This document shows, piece after piece, positions 55,050 through 64,000 of a stretch of DNA of 64,000 nt. The stretch covers positions 109,492,001-109,556,000 of the forward strand of contig OX597822.1 in NCBI GenBank assembly GCA_951406725.2. The letters are read 5' to 3'. The notes under the pieces were generated by a model. It ran no database searches. It was given only the letters and a program-made list of their open reading frames with translations, and was not told the DNA's origin. The stretch comes from Octopus vulgaris (Eukaryota). A program made the position numbers and the translations under genes. Every line of letters starts with the position of its first letter. The stretch's first letter is position 1.

Positions 55050-55850
55050 TTGCACATCCCAGTTGCACCTCGAAGATTTTCTGATAAGTTCTCATCTTTG
55101 TGATTTTGAGCCCTCTGTTAGATTTTCAGACCTTCTGGCACATATTGCATTGAAAGGTGTGCACAGGTATATAGGGAGGATATTTAGTGGAGGTTCGTTT
55201 TCCATGGATTCTCAACTATGTATATATATATATACTTGTAGATTTCAGCGGTCCCGCATAGCGAATGAATGGAAAGAAAGAGTTTGTGTGGGTACTGGGA
55301 AGTGATCACTGCTAGTGTGTGTGGATTGCTGTGGTGTAGGTATAAAATGAAGAGAGGAGGTGAGGTTGGCATCAGATGAAGAGAGGATGCAAGTTGAACC
55401 CATGTGGTGCAAGGCGGTCATGCAGTTTATGAGCTCGTTTGAGGGCGGAAAGGTGTAGGTTGCGGAAGATGTGCGAAGTGGAGGGGACAGTGTCGCAGGA
55501 ATGTTCGTAGAATGGTGAGTTGGAGGGGCAGGGTAGAGAGGTGGTAGCTGATGGGAAATGAGGTAGCTGATGAGCGGGTTCGAGGAGAGAGAGAGCAGAT
55601 GCACAGTCCACAGATGATGCCCTGGCAAGGGCGGTGTGGATAAGGGTGAATGCATATACACATAGGATGAAGTGGCGTACCATGTGTTGAGACTGAGTCT
55701 CAAAGTCATGGTTGTCACTGCAGAGCCTGCGCAGACAGAGGTATTGTTAGTAGGGCATGGAGAACTTGTTGTGGGTATGGTAGGAGAAGGAAGAGTTAAG
55801 GTAGGAGTGTGAGTCAGTGTGTTGTTACTGGATAGAGGTTGTGAGAGCGG
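55050..55850 (-). mobile_element. PLE GIY-YIG endonuclease / 3' UTR remnant
   Basis: Minus: EHSCDTVP...KRAHKLHDRLAPHGFN resembles the PLE endonuclease end (xLxTLAPxGLN); purine-skewed plus strand. Confidence 0.5.
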
Positions 55851-55933
55851 AGTGGTGTATCGAAGTTGCCACGCTGTAGGACTGAACCCAGTACCATGTG
55901 GGTGGTAAGCAACCTATTTACCACACAGAAACG

Positions 55934-55988
<55 letters not shown>

Positions 55989-56802
55989 TGTTCGTTTTAT
56001 GCCCAAGTTATTTATTAGCCTATTGAATACTGAATTGAAGAAATATGTTTCATTATTTAGCAGAGTACACATTTATTAATTTTAACTGGAAAACATATTA
56101 GGAGTGCCTCTCCGGGTACTCTTATTCATCAGGTTATTAATGGGGAGCAAACCGAAATTTATAGACATACGTAGGTCTGTGGGTCTGCACTTGAAGGTTC
56201 GAGTTTTGTTATTAATGATGTTGATTTCATGACCATAAGCTTATGGCTATAACTCCTGGATACTGAGATGTGTTGTGTTCTGGAACAAAACACACCACTT
56301 AACTTTAGTTTAGTAAGCTGAGAAAAGTAAGTTTGCAAAGCCGGTATCCCGTCGAGGAGAGGGAAATTTATACTCCACATAATCTGCTCCCCGGCACACA
56401 AAGCCGAGACACCGGCTTTATGTACCTATTGCTCGGGAATAACCGTTGTTGTTATACACACACACACACACATATACATTCTGTTAGTAATTGACTATAC
56501 ATGTACGTTTATACAAACACGAATATAACACACACGCACACACAGTTACACATACACAGTCACACACACACGTACTCTCCTATACTTTTAATCTGTGAAA
56601 GCTATAAAATTACTCCATGACCGAGAGCTTCGCGATGCGTATGTGTACATACGTCTGTGCATATGATGTATAAATATGTGGACATTAGTGGAAAAGTATG
56701 TCTAAATTGTTGATTTATTATCATTATTAGCAGATCGATACTTTTGACGAAATATGTTCTAGCTAATTAAGTCTTCATGTCCATTGATAAAGATAATTTA
56801 TC

Positions 56803-57008
56803 AGCATCTCCGTTATAGCTGGAATGGTTGGTGGTAGCTATCCCGAGACGAAGGCAGATAAATAGCTAGCATCTAAGTTTCAGCCGGAACGATTGGTGGC
56901 GTCTATCCGGAGACGAGGGGAAGGTAGATAAATAGATAGCGTCTCTGTTACAACCGGAATGGTTGGTGGTAGCTTTCAGGAGGCCTGACGAAGGCAGATA
57001 AATAGATA
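56803..57008. repeat. Three diverged tandem copies of a ~65-70-bp unit
   Basis: agc(a/g)tct...ggaa(t/c)g(g/a)ttggtgg...gaagg(c/t)agataaatag repeated three times. Confidence 0.85.
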
Positions 57009-57279
57009 GGAACGATGATAGGGAGTTTTATAGAAATATAGATAGCATAATGTTTAGATATACTCGTATATGTGAGGGAGACTTTCACTATTGTGTAAAT
57101 TATTCCCGTTGAATGGAAAGATTGACTATGAAATATGCATCGGCTTAACAATCCTGTCTGCAACTGCACAGACAAGGAACATAGGCAAATTCAGGGTAAG
57201 GGATATCGCGTTTAATGTGGATAGGGTAGTTAAAAGGAAAACTCAATTTAAGATTGGGAGTCGTTATGTGTTTAGAAAG

Positions 57280-58045
57280 CTGTGGTTATGACATTGTGAA
57301 CGACGTGGCTAACGAAGAATGGCGTGTAGAATGTTTGTGTTTGTTTACGAGATGAAAGAGGTGAATTTCAGGCAAGGGTGGAAGGTGCTGCGAAATGTCT
57401 TGCAAGTGTTGATATCTTCGCCTGAAAATGATTTGGCACTCGTTCAGAAATTTGATTAGCGTCTGTATAGAACTGATATGGCTCCGGTTAACTGTGAGGT
57501 GCAAACAATGAAAGTGTTAACGTAACTGGGACCGATTCTCGTTTCTGTAGCAGCTGCCAATATTCATTGAATGACAATGCTCGAGAAAGATAAGCATTAA
57601 ATGTTGAACGTGGGATCGGGTTGGCGGAGACATGTGCCAGAGGACGGGTGCACGTATCGGGTCGTGTACAACATAGTACAACATTTGAGGAATATTGGAT
57701 GTTTAGCTGACAGCAAACTGCTGCGGAAGTCAGTGCAGTAAAAATAGACGTGAGAAAGAATAGACGTGATGGACCAGAAGAGATGAAAAATCAACTGAAA
57801 CTTGAAAGGGTGTGGTTGGATTGATCCATGTCATATACGAAGCAAGGTAGCGGGAAGAGGCGTTGGTGGTCTACGACAGAGAAGAGGTTTCCTGGGTAGA
57901 TAAAAGCGAAGATGAAGGAGCACTCAAGCCTGTGAAGTGTATGGATGTGTGTAAGTTAATAGGATGTAGAGACGCTGAGTTTCTGGAAACTGATAAAAAT
58001 GATGACATATCTGGTGTGGGGAGGGTTAGTAGGATAAGTTTTCAC
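57280..58045 (-). mobile_element. Highly decayed PLE RT remnant
   Basis: Minus pieces NLHTSIH..GLSA, TLLRI and IFRRRY resemble PLE RT (LYTSIP..GL.AL; TLLRL; F..RGYP). Confidence 0.4.
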
Positions 58046-58716
58046 ACTTATTGGAAAACAATATATATGTGTGTGTATGTGTGTGTGTATGTGTGTGTGT
58101 GTGTGTGTGTGTGTCTACATATATAAGTTGTGTGTGTTTATGATTATTCTGTTTTGTGAGAGAGAGCTTAATCTGGTGTAAGGGTTACCATAAAAATATG
58201 CTCTATCCGTACGTGATACAACGTCGGTCATTTTATATATTTCTCATTATAAGATTATAGATATAAATTAATTCTGATTCATTTCCTGTGGATCTCATTT
58301 AGAATTCAAGTATACATCTATAAACATAACCCCTGATTAATATGTAAGCACATAAACAGTAGTCGTATATGGCCGGTTGCATATGTGTTTATGTACATAT
58401 TTCACATATTCTCTGATCGTTCTGTCTGATATAATAACATTTAATTATATTCACAATTTAATTGAATTTTTTATTTATTTTGTATTAACTCTCATCCTTT
58501 CATCTGTTATTTGTTTCAAAGACAACTCATTCTACAACATTGTCTGATTAATCCGATTGAATATATGATTGTAGTTCAAATAAGGATATTGCCGTAGGAG
58601 TTTAAAGTGTTTAAGCTCCCCAACTATCGTGCAATGCGAGGTGTCTCTAAATGTAAACAATGTTTCGAAACTCCTTGCCTACCCATCGCCGCACTGCGCT
58701 ACTGTCTGCGTTGCTT

Positions 58717-58717
<1 letters not shown>

Positions 58718-58805
<88 letters not shown>

Positions 58806-58814
58806 TTATCTATA

Positions 58815-58882
<68 letters not shown>

Positions 58883-58905
58883 AATCTATCTCTCTATCTA
58901 TCTCT
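58718..58905. repeat. (TATC)n microsatellite
   Basis: Direct reading. Confidence 0.95.
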
Positions 58906-59096
58906 ATATATAAATATATATGTATATATATACTAAGCAATAAAGGGTTTGGCAACGAATTGCCTTACCACATACCGAATTTAGAAATAGCAGTCAAAGA
59001 GTTATAGCTATTTCTTCTACGAATGAGGCTTTTACATGCCGAAGACTACTTGGTGTAATTGATAATTATTCCAAATTAATTAATTTCACCCTTCAT

Positions 59097-59159
<63 letters not shown>

Positions 59160-61478
59160 TCATATATGTGTGTGTGTTTGTGTGTGTGTGTGTAAAGTCA
59201 ATCATTAGTCTGATGGGTGATACATCATCTCATGTCAGTGAGTTAGCGATGAGATTGTCGCAAATTGAAAATTGAAGGAATGGAAGACGCAATGTGGTTG
59301 TGTGATATTCTACAGAACTTCCAACGTGGCTAAAGACCTCTGAGCAGCTGTCCCATGAATTGAAGTTAGATAAAAAAAAAATGTCCATAGGGAGAACCCC
59401 AAATCAAGTCGACTTTCCACGAGAACGAATGAAGATCACAAAAAAACCCGTCATTAAACTTCGAAACTTCAGACGCACGACGTTGCTCCAAGTTTGTGCC
59501 ATGCCTGATGATTAGCAAAAAGATATAGTCATAGACTGTTTGTGGTGGTGTCTTTGTACACTTTATCATGAGATGTTGTTTTACTTCTGCAGATGATCAA
59601 AAATTCATTTTGAATGGATTCCCTGGTGTATTTCAGAAAGGTAGAGCAACAGAAGAGAGCTGTAGCATGGACGAAATAATCCTAGATTGTGTATCACAAA
59701 ACGCATTTATTCATTCACTTCTCCTCGTGACATTTTTGCAAGATGTAGAGTTTTTGTACTCCAGCTAATCTCTTTATATCTAAACTCTCCCGGCTAGTTT
59801 TTTCTTGTAAATTTGAAATTTTCCCCCGATAGGCTGGCGATTTCGAAGGAAGAAAATTATTTCGTAGAAATGCACACTACTTTTGGAGAAGTATTACATG
59901 AGGAATTTCAAAACAAGAAAGAATTTTGAAAGATATGCAAAAAGACAGTAAATACAACTAGAATTGGCCTTGATATTTAATTAAATGTTTATTAAAGCAA
60001 AAAGTCGGCTTCTAATAATTATAATTTATGTAACGTTTTGGACAGCCCTTATAATCATATTGAATTCTTGAAGTCATGACGATCAATTGTCTTGCGGCTA
60101 GCGCTTACTTCATTAACAGCACAGCATTGTATGCATTCACAATTCATATAAAATTAACAATGGTATTCTCGACGTAAAAGTGCAAACAATTCTTCAAAAT
60201 ATATTTTAAAGATGTGGCTGACGGATGGAATCAGTGAATATTTTCTGTGACTGTGATGAGAGTAAATAATTAGTGTCCAAACATACGGTATAGCAGGTAG
60301 ACCTTGTGTCTGACACAAATCGAGCTCGCAAATAATACAGTGATGTATTGTACAACTCGCATTTTATAATTGAAGTCACACCCAACAATGATTACTTACT
60401 TTGATCTACCTTCTATCTGTCTGTCAATTATTAGTTATGTCATAATAGTTTTCTTTACTTATTTTCTCCATTTTTTTTTTTTATCTGTTGATTCATATGT
60501 GTAGTCTGTATGAAAGGGATCTTTGTTCTCATATAAGCCTTTTCAAAAACTTCCATTTATTGATTCTCTCCCGGCGGTCATTTTTTTATAATATTTCTAC
60601 AAATATTATTCATCATATTTCGGTAGACGTCCCTGTCTTGATAAGGAAATACACGTTTACAAAGACATATTTAATACTATGTTTAGAAACGCAGGTGTAA
60701 GGAAATACATATCACCCATGTTTAGAAGCATGAACTGTATAAAATTATGCGAACTTTATAAACACATACAACCAATAACTGTATAAATCTATACTCACTG
60801 TATAAATATTTAATAATTATATTTTTGTATATAAATAATATCAACATATTTTAATATTGCGTTTTTGGATTTGGTTTGCAATATTCTTTATATAAATTTG
60901 TGTGTTGAAATAAGAAATAAGTGGAAATTTTACCGGTGAGTGTGTTAAATAATAAGGCACTAAAAGAGAATGACTCTCCCCAGACACAACATTTTTTAAC
61001 ATGTATCAATATAGGAGGAATTTATCAACATATAACTGAAACTTATTTTAACCACCGCGTATGGAAAGCAAAGTCGGCCACGGCAGAATTTGAACTCAAA
61101 ACGAAAGGAAGATCGAATTTACTATTAAATATTAACTGTATTATAACGAAGAATATTTCATCCGGTGAAGTGAGTGAAACTCTATGAAGTACACAGGAAT
61201 ATATCAATTGAATCAAATATTGTCTTCATTGTCAAAAAATGCCAAATGATTTTGTCAGTACATCTTAAATAGACAAGAAGACAGGCAATACCGAAATATA
61301 ACTTCACGAAAATATTCTTTAGATACATCAGCTAACGTATGCCAAATATATCGATTTATACCAGGCTTTAACAATGTTAAAATATAGGAATATTTTTGAA
61401 GTGCCTTACCACGTATCATCACTTCATGGCTTTAAATTTATATTGGGATAAACAAATATATGACAAGTATATAAGGAA

Positions 61479-61510
<32 letters not shown>

Positions 61511-61511
61511 A

Positions 61512-61549
<38 letters not shown>

Positions 61550-61580
61550 TATAACATATGTGTGTATGTGTGCATAGGTG

Positions 61581-61641
<61 letters not shown>

Positions 61642-62347
61642 ATCTATGTATGTATGTATGTAATTATGTGTGTGTGCATTAAATGCGTTCTGTGTGACGG
61701 AAGCAGTATTAGTTTCAAATAACCACAGTGTTTTATATTTAAAGCAGATACTTCGTTGAAACCCTACTAAACATTAAGTTTCGTTCCAAGATATAGTGGT
61801 GAAAACATAGAAATACAGATATTGCCGTATCAGCCATGCTGTAATTGCTCGTGTCAGATATCCAGCTTCCGTGAGGTGATATCCACTGGTCAACACGAGT
61901 CAGGAAAAAAATTCAATCACAACTGTTACAGTAAAATTGTGATTTAGAAATTAGTGTTGTCTATGTTATGTGGTAGGCTGGATAAATATTCGCTATGGGT
62001 AACAGAAATGGTATTAGTTTAAAAGCCTATTAACTGCCGATATTTGTAGCGAGATAGCATCTTTTAAAAAAATCATAGTTAAAAAAAAAATAAAACCAAT
62101 GTTATCAATAATAGCCAAACTTCGTCTAGCAACTGCGGTGGCTTTGCTAAATGTGGATTTCTGATTATTTGCGATTTTTTTTCCTGCTTTTTGTAATAAC
62201 AATTGCATATACGCCACTGGACGAATTTCATTAAGTGTTTTCTGTGGCACATGGCGAATATCCTTTTCAGCCTGCAGGTTACTTGCGTAGTGGCTACTTT
62301 TTCAATCGCTATTTTACCATACCAGTAGCAGCTAGCTATTTCTTAGG

Positions 62348-62635
62348 GAAGGCACATGGCCTAGTGGTTAGAGCGGCGGACTCGCGGTCGTGGGATAGCG
62401 GGTTCGAATCTCAGACCGGACGATATGTGTGTTTATGAGCGAAACACCTAAGCTCCACGCGGCTCCAGCAGAAGGTAATGGCGAAACTTCTGCTGACTCT
62501 TTCGCCACAACTTTCTCCCTCACTCTTTCCTCCTGCATCTTGCAGCTCCCGTCCAGGTGGGGGAACCTATACGCCAAGAAACCGGGAAACCGGCCCTTAT
62601 GAGCCAGACATGGCTCGAGAAGGAACAAAACAACG
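62348..62635 (+). mobile_element. SINE family D (tRNA-Arg-like head) with TSD
   Basis: tggcctagtggttagagcggcggactcgcggtc...ggttcgaatc; TTTCTTAG on both sides. Confidence 0.9.
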
Positions 62636-64000
62636 TTTTCTTAGCATGCGATTTACCAATGAATTACCAGTTACTGACACAACCCAAAGGAGCCAAAACC
62701 GTTCCTGAACGATTTTCTCTTTCTACCGATATATTTTTGTGTTGGTTAACACCATATGCCTGATGCAATGTCGTGTTGACTACAACAGATGATAGGCTTT
62801 CAACAATGTATCTGCTTCAAATATGAAACGCAAATTGCTATCCAATAATGTTCATTTAGGTAAGCAACGATAAATCCTATCGTCTGAATCTGAATGTTAA
62901 TTAATATCAATTGCACAAGAAATTCATCAGCATATAGAAAGTGATTAAGAGGTGAACATAACTATATGAATTATTACAATGTAATTCACCTGTATTAGCT
63001 TCTCTCAAATTGTATCATCATATTTCACACGTACAAAATTATATTGCTTTATGGATTTATATCAAACAAATCGCTATATAACATGATATCTAAAAGATAT
63101 AAGGATATAAGTGCTGTAAACGACTTTTATCAGCATATATGTAACCTATTTCCACTAATGGCATCTTTTAATACGTCTGGCAACCGCATCGAAGTGTGTA
63201 GAAATATCTTCATTATTGATATAAAGTATGTTTATCTAGAAATCAACATAACTTAACTGCGTAAATGCGAGAAATTCATTGCAATATAGTGTCATAGGTC
63301 GACTGTACCAAGAGGTATCTCTACTACTTATATATTTATATATGTAGGTTAAGTCGTGATAACAAATTTTAGTCCTCCCGATATGTTTAAACGGTATAGA
63401 TACACAGCATATATATAACAAAATATGTTAGATGTTATGCTATATATGACATGCATCATTCAACGAAATATAAATATGTGTCACAGATGTACAATTTATT
63501 AACTTTTTATCCGTCGTCTGTGTAGATGATATCTTTATTAATATATACATCTATATAAGTATGAATTCTTTATCAATATATATTTCTCACATTCTACTCT
63601 CAGCATATTTCAAGTTTATGTTACATATGTCTATATGTGAAGTATATGTCGTTATATTTCGGTCTCATGATATAATATTTCCATTACAATAATATTGCAT
63701 CACTTTCCTATTAGGTCCACTATTATCAGCATAGAGTTACATCTGAGAGGCGGATTAGTACTAATACTTTTAGCATGAGTACTACATACATGTGAATAAA
63801 TGGTTCTTTTTATTTCCAAATCAAAAGTATTTATCCGTAACAAAATAAAGTTTCAGGATTGATAGAGTGTATCAATTCAAGGTAATAACAAGGGACCGTA
63901 CATATTATTACACAGGTGCGTCTGCTACAGTTTGGAAATCTAGATTACATTATCATTTTCAGCCGTTTTTGTATAGAAGATCATATCATTCTACGAATCT

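Noticed and set aside
59300-60052. Possible old Tc1/mariner-like remnant ending ..ttggacagcccttaTA
   Set aside because: Only one TIR-like end and no clear transposase motif could be read.

Overview
AT-rich, microsatellite-dense animal genomic DNA with no host protein-coding exon I can support. The tRNA-derived SINE families, long (TA)n/(TAGA)n tracts and LINE/Penelope content suggest an Octopus genome (inference from repeat content). The window is an intronic or intergenic transposon graveyard. It contains at least five SINE families, RTE and CR1-like LINE fragments, Tc1/mariner and pogo-like remnants, a decayed Helitron with three non-autonomous Helitrons, and several Penelope-like element (PLE) remnants. 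The standout is 21737-22889: a very young, near-identical 360-bp tandem unit inserted in a (TA)n tract and folded back into a ~1.1-kb palindrome. Each complete unit carries a type I hammerhead ribozyme fold with an unusual CCGAUGA (U4C) core, embedded in a long rod-like hairpin. This is the architecture of a non-LTR retrozyme that could generate a 360-nt self-cleaving circular RNA. About seven further degenerate hammerhead motifs occur, most at PLE ends. A structured motif of the 360-bp unit recurs with pairing-preserving changes at ~51.4 kb. Nearly all ORFs in the supplied track are microsatellite or repeat artefacts. All alignments and folds were done by eye.
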